Source: an uncultured virus (IMG/VR IMGVR_UViG_3300044701_004307) (taxonomy: Duplodnaviria > Heunggongvirae > Uroviricota > Caudoviricetes). From it: a DNA stretch of 64,000 nt. How positions within the stretch are numbered: position 1 is the stretch's first letter; every line of letters begins with the position of its first letter. The notes beneath the pieces are model-generated. The model was not told the origin of the DNA and made no database searches. It was given only the letters and a program-made list of their open reading frames with translations. The translations under genes were made by a program, and so were the position numbers. Below, piece after piece: positions 36,400 through 46,221 of the stretch. Location: the IMG/VR virus record IMGVR_UViG_3300044701_004307; one strand, given 5' to 3'.

Positions 36400-38451
36400 T
36401 CATGCCGATGCAAACATGGCAAACATGTCGCCCTTATTTAAGAGCGGAGCCGAAAAATAGACATTGTCATTGTTGCCGCCGTCAATCGAGTTTGCGCCAA
36501 CATAGAACTTGCCACCACTAGATTCGCCAGTGTCTTTAACGCTTAAATAGTCGATTCCAGTCGCAACGTTGGTAAGAGAAAAATAGCGGCGAGTACCGGC
36601 TATATTGCTGTCAACTGTTACAACATTGCCGGCTGTACCCGTAACAGACCAGGTACCAATCGCAGGCTGTGAAACACTGGAAAATCTGATAGTATGAGCC
36701 ACTGTTTTAGTGGAGGCAATTTCTGTAAAAGAGGCAACATTGACAATGCTTAAAACAGATGTACCAGTGGCTCCGCCAATCGTTAGCTTATTGTAAGAAA
36801 GACCAATACCCGTAAATGTACGGGCATTAGTTGAAGTATTTGAAAGCAATATGTTCGCCGTGTCCTTATTCAGAGTAGGGGGAATTGAAGTTCCGGGATT
36901 CCACACGGTTCCCGTTCCGCTTAGTGTCCACAACCCAGACCCCATAGTAATGGTACGGTTATTAGTGGTAGACGAAGTAAAACTTGTACATGTAAGGTTA
37001 AAATTATTTGCATCAAATGTTCCCCTGTTCAAGCTAATAGAGCTGCTTGAAAGAAGAGAGTCAGCAAGCCTAAAGGTGCCACCCACTGGTTCCACTGTAA
37101 TAGGAAAAGGAATTGTTTTCCCAGCAGTAGAGAAATCCATTATTACGTCTCTACCTAGAAAGGTTTGAGTAAGGGAACTGCCAGGAGTGACGCCGGCACC
37201 TAGCTTATGGTAGCCATGCCAGAAAGCACTGGAACTGTAGCTCAATGTAATCCCTGTGGTTCGATCTGAGCAATCCAGGGAACCTATGTTGTAAATTGCC
37301 AGAGAAAGCGTAGTCGTCAAAGCCGTGTCATTATTGATGACAGCAGTATCCTGGGCAAGGGGAAAGTTAAGGTCCGAGCCATTCCCGCCAGAGCCCAATG
37401 CCCAACTAGCAACACCAGCCCACGAGCCATTAATGCCAACACGGTAAACAGTTTTCGCCGCAGGGAAGGTGATTCCACTGTTGCCGCCGCAGTCCCCGGC
37501 GCGAGCAGGAGTGGCACCCGCCGCCGCACCGGCCAATGTGATATCACGGAAATCGGAATTGTCAGCAGAAATAGCGGCAGCAGTTATGGTGCGTGCAGTT
37601 GCAGGGGTGTTAGATCGAACAAAAGTACGCCTCAAGGGATTTGCGCCGGCACAGGTAAATGTACCGGTGACAATTGGGCTACCGCTGATGGCAAGCTGAG
37701 CCATTCCATTGGTTGTTGGCGCACCGAGTGTAAGATTGTTAAAGGTGCTAGAACCAGTAAGAGTTCGAGTTCCTGCTACACCCGAAGTAAATGCAACATT
37801 ATTAAAAGTTAAGTTACCAGCATCAAAGCCACCAACATTGCTTGCTATGTTAATCTGTGATGTCCCAGCATTAAAAGTAAGGTTAGTTGTAGTACCAAAA
37901 GAGATGTCAAAAGAAGTACCTCCGCCGACTGTTATTGTTGACGAACCAAGGGAAACAGTTCGTACATTGGAATTACTTGAATCAAAAATGCCAGCAGCAA
38001 CACTGAAATTAGCTGTATTAAAATTACCCTGAGTAATTAATAAACTCCTGGAAGATAAGTTAATCGCGTCCCCAAGAGTAACCGCAATTCCATTACCATT
38101 TATATTTAAATTGCTGAATGTTTTTCCTGCTGTTGTGACTGTTCCCGTGGCAGTTATCGTCATAGTCCCGGTATGGCTATAGGTCATACCAGCGGATAGC
38201 GTTACGCTGCCAGCCACCGAGATCGCTGCTGCACCAGTAACTGTTCCCGCGAAACCAGTACAGTTAATACTTTTGGCTCCCGTATTGCCTGTCGCAATCG
38301 TTACCGTACCAGTTGAGCTGGCGTCAAAAAATACATCGTCGGCAGTGGTGGGTACGGTTTCACCGCCAGTACCGTTTGACGTAGCAGCCCACTTCGTGCC
38401 TGCCGTGCCATCCCAAGAGGCAGTACCACCAACCCAATACCTATTAGCCAC
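36400..38451 (-). CDS. large beta-rich tail/adhesin protein
   Basis: MANRYWVGG..WD...W N-terminus; internally duplicated Thr/Ser/Gly-rich beta repeats. Confidence 0.75.
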   Translation of the reverse strand: MANRYWVGGTASWDGTAGTKWAATSNGTGGETVPTTADDVFFDASSTGTVTIATGNTGAKSINCTGFAGTVTGAAAISVAGSVTLSAGMTYSHTGTMTITATGTVTTAGKTFSNLNINGNGIAVTLGDAINLSSRSLLITQGNFNTANFSVAAGIFDSSNSNVRTVSLGSSTITVGGGTSFDISFGTTTNLTFNAGTSQINIASNVGGFDAGNLTFNNVAFTSGVAGTRTLTGSSTFNNLTLGAPTTNGMAQLAISGSPIVTGTFTCAGANPLRRTFVRSNTPATARTITAAAISADNSDFRDITLAGAAAGATPARAGDCGGNSGITFPAAKTVYRVGINGSWAGVASWALGSGGNGSDLNFPLAQDTAVINNDTALTTTLSLAIYNIGSLDCSDRTTGITLSYSSSAFWHGYHKLGAGVTPGSSLTQTFLGRDVIMDFSTAGKTIPFPITVEPVGGTFRLADSLLSSSSISLNRGTFDANNFNLTCTSFTSSTTNNRTITMGSGLWTLSGTGTVWNPGTSIPPTLNKDTANILLSNTSTNARTFTGIGLSYNKLTIGGATGTSVLSIVNVASFTEIASTKTVAHTIRFSSVSQPAIGTWSVTGTAGNVVTVDSNIAGTRRYFSLTNVATGIDYLSVKDTGESSGGKFYVGANSIDGGNNDNVYFSAPLLNKGDMFAMFASA

Positions 38452-38454
38452 GAA

Positions 38455-38697
38455 TCAAGCCTCTACTGGTTTCAGGACGGTCTGTCCATCTAGCTCAACT
38501 TTTTCATAGATTACGCCGTCAATCTCAAAGGTACTGGACTCTGGTACTGGCGGGTTTTCTACTGCATCAAGCCAGTTATCGAGACGCTCCTGCTTCAACG
38601 CATTGATTTCATCCTCGTCCAATGTATGGTCATCATCGAGATAAAGGGCGTCTCGAAATACGCCATATTTAGTTGTAAACTCAAAGATGATCTGCAT
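38455..38697 (-). CDS. small fibre-associated protein
   Basis: MQIIFEF...G.FRDAL.L; lies between fibre genes. Confidence 0.6.
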   Translation of the reverse strand: MQIIFEFTTKYGVFRDALYLDDDHTLDEDEINALKQERLDNWLDAVENPPVPESSTFEIDGVIYEKVELDGQTVLKPVEA

Positions 38698-38705
38698 GGC
38701 TGATG

Positions 38706-39191
38706 CTAGGCCTGAGTAACTGTAGCAATAGCATCCCAAAAAAGGTCGGCGCCATTATAAATACAGCCTACATATGTGGTCTTACTGAGCACAGTAGTGG
38801 TCGGGAGGATAATACCAATGGCACGAAAACCTGTCGACGAGGTAGTCCAGGTGATACCGCGAGCGCTGCCATTATCTTTGATACGAATCAACAGCTTCTG
38901 TCCGTTGGTTGGCGTGCCGCTGGGGGCTGCGAATGTGATTGCGTTTGTCAATCCTTCCGCTATATAGATGTCGGTGGTATCAGCATTGGGTGTCAGCGTT
39001 CCACTGGTACCACTGGCCGCCACTACTCTCGACAGTGCCACTGGACCAGTAGCGCCAATAGGGCCAGTGGCGCCAACCGGAGCGACCAAAGCCTTAATTT
39101 GCCAGCCCGACCCATTCCAGATCCAAATGCGCCCTTCGAAGCTATACTCTTCGTTGAGCGTTGGAGAAGTGGGAAAATCAATTATTGGCAT
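38706..39191 (-). CDS. short fibre with the shared N-terminal FP..P/FEGR.W.WNG module
   Basis: Module, short G-X-Y run, then a C-terminal beta domain ending WDAIA. Confidence 0.75.
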   Translation of the reverse strand: MPIIDFPTSPTLNEEYSFEGRIWIWNGSGWQIKALVAPVGATGPIGATGPVALSRVVAASGTSGTLTPNADTTDIYIAEGLTNAITFAAPSGTPTNGQKLLIRIKDNGSARGITWTTSSTGFRAIGIILPTTTVLSKTTYVGCIYNGADLFWDAIATVTQA

Positions 39192-39303
39192 AGATCAAGC
39201 CAGGGAAGTCCAGAAGCGATGCCTGCTTAGGCATTGGGATCCGATTGGCCCCATAGTCTTCCTGCCGGTTTTTCTTAAGTTTACCGTGAGGACTCAAAAG
39301 CAT

Positions 39304-39627
39304 TTACTGGTATGAACCCCAGGGCAGACCTTGTGCCGTGCTGGGAGCATGTTGCTCATCTAATTGAGCCTGAAGTGCTGCTTCGATTTCGGCTACTTTT
39401 TCAGCGCCACCGAGTTTTTCTTGTACCCAACCAACAATCTGCGCCTCGGTCAAGTCGGAGAAGGGCACCATGTCTTCGGGATCAGCGGGCTCGAGACCAA
39501 TGGAGCCATACGCTCCAGCGGAGTACGCTTCGTCTTTGGCATCAACGGTGTAGTGGCAAGTCCGCACCATGCCGTCAGCAGTAGTGCGCTCCAGTTGGGC
39601 GATATGCCAGGTAAAGGTAGTAGCCAC
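39304..39627 (-). CDS. fibre-associated small protein
   Basis: MATTFTW.IA.LER...G.PW family typical downstream of fibre genes. Confidence 0.7.
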   Translation of the reverse strand: MATTFTWHIAQLERTTADGMVRTCHYTVDAKDEAYSAGAYGSIGLEPADPEDMVPFSDLTEAQIVGWVQEKLGGAEKVAEIEAALQAQLDEQHAPSTAQGLPWGSYQ

Positions 39628-39707
39628 CAGTCGTTACAATAGAATAGCAATAATCATCACAGTATGCCGACCAGATGCAGGCGGGGTTTCCTCATGTTTA
39701 GCAAGAG

Positions 39708-39986
39708 CTAAGGCAGTGCAGGCGTGGCCTCTGCTGGTGGCGCAGATGCAGCGACAAGTGCTTGGTACTCAGCGACCAGCTCAGGCGTCCATAATGCACC
39801 CGCTACTGCTTGCATCTCGGCGCACTCCTCGCTCATGTCGTCGCCGGGAACGCAAACATGGCGGTGATAAGTGCGACCCACTTCAATGCCGTCTTTTTCG
39901 ATAATGTCAGCACGGCGGCACTGCAGGATGGAGTAGGGCGGGATGATCTCGATCTTGTGTTCGTGGCGTTCGGTGAAGGTAGCCAT
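39708..39986 (-). CDS. fibre-associated small protein
   Basis: KIEI...LQ.R....I..DG.E..R.YHRH pattern. Confidence 0.7.
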   Translation of the reverse strand: MATFTERHEHKIEIIPPYSILQCRRADIIEKDGIEVGRTYHRHVCVPGDDMSEECAEMQAVAGALWTPELVAEYQALVAASAPPAEATPALP

Positions 39987-40044
39987 TAGGAATGCCCTCC
40001 AGGCATAACAGGTTTAGTGGCCATAGTTTTGAGCCGTTGCGGGC

Positions 40045-41556
40045 TTAGACCCTGTATGTAAAAGAAAATATTATAGTAGCAGTACCAGTAACGCCACTTG
40101 TTGTGAGCAAAGTGGTCGTACCATTTGCGCTATAAGTTGCGGCCGTATTACTAACACTAGTGTTAGTAGCATTGCCACTTGCGCTATTACCATTTACGGT
40201 AAATGGAAGATTGCTCGTAAGTGCGAAACTTGCAGCTACACTTATACTAGTGCTCCCAGAAAGAGTGCCTCTTACGTAAACAAGATTCCCTATTTTTGTA
40301 TATGTGCCCGCAGAACTGAAGCTGCCACTCACTGACAATCCTGCGCCTTGGCTTGGAGTCCATGTTCCTTCCTCGTAGTCATCCAGCGCATTGGCTGCGG
40401 CGGTGTCGCCGTTGAACTGGATGCCGCCCGTACTGGCGGCCATGCGTAGGTATTTGTCCGAAGTAATACGCAATGCTTCGGTCGGGGTGCCAGAGTTATC
40501 CGCACTAGTGCTAAATACCAAGCGACTGGGCATATCTCCAGCAGTGTTAATCGCGGTACCAGTCCCTGTGCCAGCACCTGTTGCCGTAAACGTTGTTCCT
40601 GGAGTACTGTTTGCCGCGCCAATTAGTGTAAAGTCCGTGGTCCCAGTTGTTAGGATACGGTAAGTCTGGCCAACTGTAAACGTGCCTGCTGTTTGACCCA
40701 AGGTGCCGTCTACTTCGCCCTCAATTTGCGCCCCAGCAATATAATTAGTTCCGTCAGAACCAGTGAAATAAATTATCCCCAAACCATCCCCTGCGAGCAC
40801 TGCCGACTGAGTCCCGATAGTCGCTGACCGAGATTTTGTAAAAAATACTCCCGGCGATGTTGCATTGGCGCTGAACCTGCTAGCACTTATGGAACTACTG
40901 CTGCCAGTATCTCCCATCACCTCAATACGCGGGAACGCCCCATTGTGCATTGTTTGTTCGGTGGTGAATCCAAACAAAAAACGTCCCTGTCCGTTAATTC
41001 TCAGACGTTCGCTTGTGACTGAGCTTGTTCCTTGTTCTAGCGTAAACTCGCCACCAGTTACTGAAAACTTGTAATCTGTTAGAGTATCCGCACCCCAGGT
41101 CGTATTAGTACCGCGAACAAATTCAATAGATGTAACCGGTGACGAGTCACTTCGCGCATGAATTCTAAATGATGCAGTAGAGCTGGCGGGCGCGATGTCT
41201 ACATTTGCTGTGGGCGAACTGGTTCCAATGCCAACTTTGCCGTCGCTCGTGGCACGGAGGCGCTCGCTGCCGCCCGTGGTGATCGCCACCTGGTTGGCGC
41301 CGGGGCTGTAGAGGCCTGTGTCGTCGTCACCTGTGAAGTACAGACTTGGGCCGGTTGCCGATCCTGCTGCCAGCGCATTCGGCCCAGCCGGGCCAGTGGC
41401 TCCAGTAGGACCGATGGGACCAGTGGGGCCAGTGGCACCAACTGGGGACAAGGGGGATTTGATCTCCCAGCCGGCACCGTTCCACAGCCAAGTTCGGCCC
41501 TCGAAGCTGTATTCGTCGTTTATTGCGGGAGTGGCTGGGAAGTCAATAAGAGGCAT
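40045..41556 (-). CDS. tail fibre protein
   Basis: Shared N-terminal module, collagen-like run, ERLRI fibre repeats, LDDYEEGTWTP C-terminal domain. Confidence 0.85.
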   Translation of the reverse strand: MPLIDFPATPAINDEYSFEGRTWLWNGAGWEIKSPLSPVGATGPTGPIGPTGATGPAGPNALAAGSATGPSLYFTGDDDTGLYSPGANQVAITTGGSERLRATSDGKVGIGTSSPTANVDIAPASSTASFRIHARSDSSPVTSIEFVRGTNTTWGADTLTDYKFSVTGGEFTLEQGTSSVTSERLRINGQGRFLFGFTTEQTMHNGAFPRIEVMGDTGSSSSISASRFSANATSPGVFFTKSRSATIGTQSAVLAGDGLGIIYFTGSDGTNYIAGAQIEGEVDGTLGQTAGTFTVGQTYRILTTGTTDFTLIGAANSTPGTTFTATGAGTGTGTAINTAGDMPSRLVFSTSADNSGTPTEALRITSDKYLRMAASTGGIQFNGDTAAANALDDYEEGTWTPSQGAGLSVSGSFSSAGTYTKIGNLVYVRGTLSGSTSISVAASFALTSNLPFTVNGNSASGNATNTSVSNTAATYSANGTTTLLTTSGVTGTATIIFSFTYRV

Positions 41557-41558
41557 GA

Positions 41559-41741
41559 TCAGTCTTCAGGTGGGGCGACGAATGTGCCGTCGGGTTGCTT
41601 GAGCCAGCCTCCTTGGACCTCGGCCGGGCAGGGCTCGAATTGGGCGACGATTTCGGCGGTAAAGGATTCGTCGATGGTGAAGCCTTCGAGAGGAGTGAAG
41701 ACTTCAAGGACGATCGAGTCAGAAACGCGTGCGTATTTCAT
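41559..41741 (-). CDS. small adhesin-associated protein
   Basis: MKYARV...GW...DG.F..P; follows a Gly-rich gene. Confidence 0.65.
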   Translation of the reverse strand: MKYARVSDSIVLEVFTPLEGFTIDESFTAEIVAQFEPCPAEVQGGWLKQPDGTFVAPPED

Positions 41742-41744
41742 GGG

Positions 41745-42542
41745 TTAGTACTCCACAATGACGAGGCCGGAGCCGGTGGTATTGCTAGCTGCTCCTGCTC
41801 CCACAGTCACAGAAACTGTCGAACCCGGTGTGAGGCCGGTTACGGTTTTCATGGAAAAACCACCGCCGCCGCCACCATTGGAGCCACCGCCACCGGGAAA
41901 TCCACCGGCCGCACCAGCAGTACCCCCGCCGCCTCCGCCTCCGTTCACGCCGGCACTGCCTGGCCATACGTTGGTATTACCAGCGCCGGCACCTCCGCTT
42001 CCTGTGCCGATCAGGTCGATTGAGTCCACACCAAAGACGAATCCCGATGCAGGTGTCGTGGCTACGGATGCACTTAGTGCTGGCTGCCCCGGTGTTCCGG
42101 TAATCCCGGATCCACCTCTGCCCCCAGGAGTAGAGGCTGCACCGCTACTGCCGCCACCTCCGCTTGCTGCGCTCCCGCCACTAGTAGACCCCCCGTTGCC
42201 GAGAAGACTTGCGGCGCCCCCGCTGCCTGCGCTGGTATTTGATCCTTGGCCGCCAGTAAAATTAACATCGCCACCGGATCCCGAGCCACCAGAAATGGGT
42301 GCTACAAACGTTGTACCGAGTCCTCCCGTGGCGGAACAGTGCGCTCCAAATGACGATGTCCCGCCAGTGTTGGATGCTCCGCCGCCGCCCCAGACGCGGG
42401 CGCGGACTGTTGTGACGCCTGCGGGGACCGTAAACGTTCCAGAGTTATAGAAAAACTCGATGACGCCCCTGCCGAATGGGCCCGACAGTGGATACAGAGA
42501 CTGGGGAGTCCTTACGGTTGCTTCAGTGATGTTGCGTCCCAT
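41745..42542 (-). CDS. glycine-rich adhesin-like protein
   Basis: SGTFTVPAGV, polyglycine runs, G.G.VIVEY end. Confidence 0.8.
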   Translation of the reverse strand: MGRNITEATVRTPQSLYPLSGPFGRGVIEFFYNSGTFTVPAGVTTVRARVWGGGGASNTGGTSSFGAHCSATGGLGTTFVAPISGGSGSGGDVNFTGGQGSNTSAGSGGAASLLGNGGSTSGGSAASGGGGSSGAASTPGGRGGSGITGTPGQPALSASVATTPASGFVFGVDSIDLIGTGSGGAGAGNTNVWPGSAGVNGGGGGGGTAGAAGGFPGGGGSNGGGGGGFSMKTVTGLTPGSTVSVTVGAGAASNTTGSGLVIVEY

Positions 42543-42544
42543 GG

Positions 42545-42856
42545 TCAGACCTCGTACCCGTAAACGTTGACGGAAGCGGTTGCGGCGCTGACATAGGCCA
42601 CAACCTGTTTGGTGGCTTGGGCCACGATGCCTGTGCGCTCCAGCACTCCGTTGGGTGGGATGGACGCATCATATTCAATCCACTCGGAATCACCAGGGGT
42701 CCCAGTGGCAGCCACCGCCAGTCGAGCAGTGATGGCGCTTGTGCCGCGATTGCAGACGTTGACACTGAAGGTGGCCGTCGTTGCCGATGGCACCGTGTAA
42801 ACGCTGGTGTTGGTCGTTGCTGTTGGGCTGGATTGCCCCAAGATGCCGGTTGCCAT
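42545..42856 (-). CDS. small beta-sandwich virion protein
   Basis: VYTVP.....T..V..CN; similar to 57739..58089. Confidence 0.7.
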   Translation of the reverse strand: MATGILGQSSPTATTNTSVYTVPSATTATFSVNVCNRGTSAITARLAVAATGTPGDSEWIEYDASIPPNGVLERTGIVAQATKQVVAYVSAATASVNVYGYEV

Positions 42857-42871
42857 GACAAGCTTTAAAGG

Positions 42872-43123
42872 TTAAAAGGAACTACAGAAATAAACAAACG
42901 CTGGAGTAGCGTAAGTCCTATCTAGTTTCGCTGGAGTGACTGCAGCGTTGTCGATGGTCCATACTGCACCAGAGCTAGACACCGTGATATCCCCTTTGTC
43001 GCCATCGGGAAAAACCAGTACAATTTTACCCTCCCAGCCAGTTCCATTCCAAATCCAAGTACGACCTTCGAAGGTGTACTCATCATTGAGGGCTGGTGAA
43101 GCTGGGAAATTGATAATGGCCAC
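42872..43123 (-). CDS. minimal fibre/adaptor with the shared N-terminal module
   Basis: FPASP...YTFEGRTWIWNGTGW followed by DGDKGDITVS. Confidence 0.75.
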   Translation of the reverse strand: MAIINFPASPALNDEYTFEGRTWIWNGTGWEGKIVLVFPDGDKGDITVSSSGAVWTIDNAAVTPAKLDRTYATPAFVYFCSSF

Positions 43124-43179
43124 GGCTTAGGTTACCCGAAAGAGTCAATAAATACTCAGTGTTGTCGCAAGTGTCCCGA

Positions 43180-43452
43180 CTATGCTTCCGACTCTGGGAC
43201 CGGGTCAAGTTCGGGCGCTACGAATGCGTCAGTTTGGTTATCATAAGTGTCGCCAATGCCGGCGTACTTGCCCCGGAAGTTGGCGTTGTAGCTGGTCTGG
43301 ATCCAGCGGCTTGCTGGGCCAAACAGCGACTGGCAGAACGCGATGCCTACGGCTTCGGATTCTTGGCCGCTGGCATCTAGGCAGTCAGGGTTGCCAACAA
43401 CAATGACGCGGGTGACGACGTTGCTTTGATCGAGTTCAGCGAAGTGTGCCAT
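43180..43452 (-). CDS. small adhesin-associated protein
   Basis: MAHFAELD..NVV.RVIVV...W.QTSYN..FR..YAGIG family. Confidence 0.75.
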   Translation of the reverse strand: MAHFAELDQSNVVTRVIVVGNPDCLDASGQESEAVGIAFCQSLFGPASRWIQTSYNANFRGKYAGIGDTYDNQTDAFVAPELDPVPESEA

Positions 43453-43460
43453 GGTTGACC

Positions 43461-44297
43461 TCAGAGTGTAATGGTGCCGGAGCCGGTGAAGCGGTACACG
43501 CGGTAACCGGAGCGCGTGGGTTCTGTATAGGTGCCTGTAATCGTGGCGGGAACAGGGTATGTATCGGGATATGCAATAATTACGACGCCAGAGCCTCCCG
43601 AGCCGCCGCTGGCTGCGCCCTGGAGGTTTGTCCCAGCCCCCCCGCCCCCTCTGCCGGTATTTGCTGTCCCCGACACTCCGCCGTTTGTTCCTGTCATTGC
43701 GCCGGCACCACCGGCTGCATAACTAACAGAAGATCCGGTGATTGTTGTCGTGTATCCCGCTCCGCCCACACCTGCAGTGTTGGCGCTGCCGTCGGCGCCA
43801 GCCGAAAGCGCACCACCGCCACCGCCAGAAGCGTTTGTATTATTGCCAGCCGTAAAAGCGGAACCACCTGAAAATGTCCCAGAGTAAGACATTTCGTTTA
43901 GTCCAGCAAACACAGTAGGCCCCCCCGCCCCGCCGGCAAAGCTTGGAGTGTTAGCGCTTTGGTGCCCCGCGCCACCGCCAGATCCACCAGCCGGCGGAGC
44001 AGGAGACCCTCCATTGGTGTTGGAAAATCCACCGTTGCCTCCCCCGCCTGCCGCAGTGATTCCAAATGAGCTCGAGCTTCCGCTTGAACTACTACCTCCG
44101 CCTCCCCCTACTGCAATTGTGTACGAAGTTCCTTTGTTTATCTTTCCAGGGGTGAACGCGATTACTTGGCCCCCGCCGCCTCCGCCTCCGCAAGTATTAG
44201 TTCCGGCGGTTTGACCGCCGCCGCCGCCGCCGCCAACAATCAGCAGTTCAACGGGAACGGTAGGCGGAGTGCCAAGAAACTGGGATAATGTAGACAT
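43461..44297 (-). CDS. glycine-rich adhesin-like protein
   Basis: VE.L.VGGGGGGG, GGSGVVII.YP, F..SGT end. Confidence 0.8.
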   Translation of the reverse strand: MSTLSQFLGTPPTVPVELLIVGGGGGGGQTAGTNTCGGGGGGGQVIAFTPGKINKGTSYTIAVGGGGGSSSSGSSSSFGITAAGGGGNGGFSNTNGGSPAPPAGGSGGGAGHQSANTPSFAGGAGGPTVFAGLNEMSYSGTFSGGSAFTAGNNTNASGGGGGALSAGADGSANTAGVGGAGYTTTITGSSVSYAAGGAGAMTGTNGGVSGTANTGRGGGGAGTNLQGAASGGSGGSGVVIIAYPDTYPVPATITGTYTEPTRSGYRVYRFTGSGTITL

Positions 44298-45328
44298 TAG
44301 ATAATCCTCCAGCCACGGGTGGCATCAACGTAGTATAGGGTGACGGTAATTTCCGCCGTGTCGATTGTCATATTTTCCGCAAGCGACATGATGTTCGAGC
44401 CGTTACGGGCAATAACAGTATCAGTAAAAGCTCCGGCAATTGTAATCGATACTTCCGCCCCTGCTGATGGGCTGGCCGGAAGGGTGATGGTCAATCCAGC
44501 AGCGGTGACAGAACATCGCTCCTTATCGACCAGTGTCTTATCAATTGCCGTCGTGGTGATTGTATAGGAAGGAAATGGACCGGTCGCTCCGGTAATGCCG
44601 ATAGGCCCAGTTGGCCCAGTCGGACCGGTCATCGCTGCTGCTGCATAGGCGCGAGGGCCAAGTTCAACCCACTGGCTAGTATCAGCGTCAATGACATAGG
44701 TATAAAGGATTCCAGCTTCTTCGTCAAACCATTCATCCCCTTCTAATGGAGAAGCCGGAGGACTTAGGCTTGACAAGAAAGCCGCAGCGCCAGTCGCGCC
44801 GACGGGGCCTATTGGTCCAGTAGCTCCGGTGGGGCCTAGATAACTGTAGTTTTTAGGACCTAATTCAACCCATTGACTTGTGCTAGCGTCCGAAATATAA
44901 GTATACAAAACTCCGGCATCATCGTCAAACCATTCGTCGCCCTCGGCGGGACTGGATGGTGGTGTGCTGGTAGATGCAAAAGCAGAGACTCCGGTTGCGC
45001 CCACCGGACCAGTGGCGCCAATAAAATTATAATTTTGTGGCCCAATTTCGACCCATTGGCTGCTATTCGCGTCAGTATAATAAGTATATAAAATTCCGGC
45101 TTCTTCGTCAAACCATTCGTCCCCTTCAACAGCGCTGATTGGCGGGGTCGTCGTAGAGCTAAATGCTCCAGCCCCTGCCGGTCCAGAGGGACCCGTGGGG
45201 CCAGTAGCGCCAGCGGGAGCGACAAATGCTTTAACCTCCCAGCCAGTGCCATTCCACAACCAGGTACGGCCCTCGAAGGTGTACTCCTGATTTAGAGTTG
45301 GAGAAGCGGGAAGATCAATACTTGGCAT
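44297..45328 (-). CDS. putative fibre hub: shared N-terminal module plus three EGDEWFD repeats
   Basis: Three P..P.EGDEWFD..AG.LYTY...SQWVE.GP repeats separated by G-X-Y linkers; ends YVDATRGW. Confidence 0.8.
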   Translation of the reverse strand: MPSIDLPASPTLNQEYTFEGRTWLWNGTGWEVKAFVAPAGATGPTGPSGPAGAGAFSSTTTPPISAVEGDEWFDEEAGILYTYYTDANSSQWVEIGPQNYNFIGATGPVGATGVSAFASTSTPPSSPAEGDEWFDDDAGVLYTYISDASTSQWVELGPKNYSYLGPTGATGPIGPVGATGAAAFLSSLSPPASPLEGDEWFDEEAGILYTYVIDADTSQWVELGPRAYAAAAMTGPTGPTGPIGITGATGPFPSYTITTTAIDKTLVDKERCSVTAAGLTITLPASPSAGAEVSITIAGAFTDTVIARNGSNIMSLAENMTIDTAEITVTLYYVDATRGWRII

Positions 45329-45333
45329 GATGG

Positions 45334-46221
45334 TTACAGGTCGTTAGTGTTGACGTTGGGGAAAGCCCTGTTGGGTCCCCAAATGATGCGGACTGCCCCA
45401 CCGCCGCCGTTGGCCTGTTCGGCAGTAGTGTTATCAGCCCCGCATCCGCCGCCACCATAAAGCCCAGGTCTAGATAGGTTACCTGTGCTATAAACGTTGC
45501 CTGGAGCAGTTGCGCTTGCTTGAGAGGCATCGCCGCCCCCAGATCCACCAAAGCCGCCAGCGCCATCATTGGCCGATCCCGCTCCACCATTGCCGCTGGT
45601 TCCCTCGCCAAGTAAGCCGACGCCTCCGCCGGAACCAGCGGAGTCTCCGGTTCCGCCGGTTCCACCCCCGCCTCCACCTCCGCCGGTACCAGCAAGACCG
45701 GGCCGCGCAGTGCCGCCAGTAGAAGCACCCCCGGCGCCACCAGCGCCGCTATAGCCACCGGCACCGCCGCCGCCGCCAGCATCAGAAATAGACCCTCCCC
45801 TGGTGCCGCCGCTGCCCCCGTTTCCGCCGCCATCACCAACAAAAGTTCCACCCGTTCCCGCCGTGTCGCTTGAGCAGGCACCACCTCCGCCGCCATTACC
45901 TGCAACAGTGGAACTGTTAATGAAAAGACTTTGACCGCCCGATCCAGCGGTTCCCGTAGTAGCCCTGGTCCCGCCTGCTCCAACGGTAACGGTATAAGAC
46001 TGGCCAGGAACTACTGCGATATTGTTTTTCCAACCAAGACCGCCACCACCGCCTCCCGAGGAGCCGTTTCCGTTTGCTGCAGGTCCGCCACCGCCTCCAA
46101 CGCAAACCACGCAAACGCTGTATACACCAGCGGGAGCAACCCAGCTAGTCGTACCCGCCGTAGTAAATTGGGCCTGCCCAACTGGCTGCTCTTGAAAGAA
46201 TGGGACCTGTTGAATCGTCAT
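45334..46221 (-). CDS. glycine-rich adhesin-like protein
   Basis: W.APAGV.SV.VVCVGGGGG, GAVRIIWG..R.FP end. Confidence 0.8.
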   Translation of the reverse strand: MTIQQVPFFQEQPVGQAQFTTAGTTSWVAPAGVYSVCVVCVGGGGGPAANGNGSSGGGGGGLGWKNNIAVVPGQSYTVTVGAGGTRATTGTAGSGGQSLFINSSTVAGNGGGGGACSSDTAGTGGTFVGDGGGNGGSGGTRGGSISDAGGGGGAGGYSGAGGAGGASTGGTARPGLAGTGGGGGGGGTGGTGDSAGSGGGVGLLGEGTSGNGGAGSANDGAGGFGGSGGGDASQASATAPGNVYSTGNLSRPGLYGGGGCGADNTTAEQANGGGGAVRIIWGPNRAFPNVNTNDL

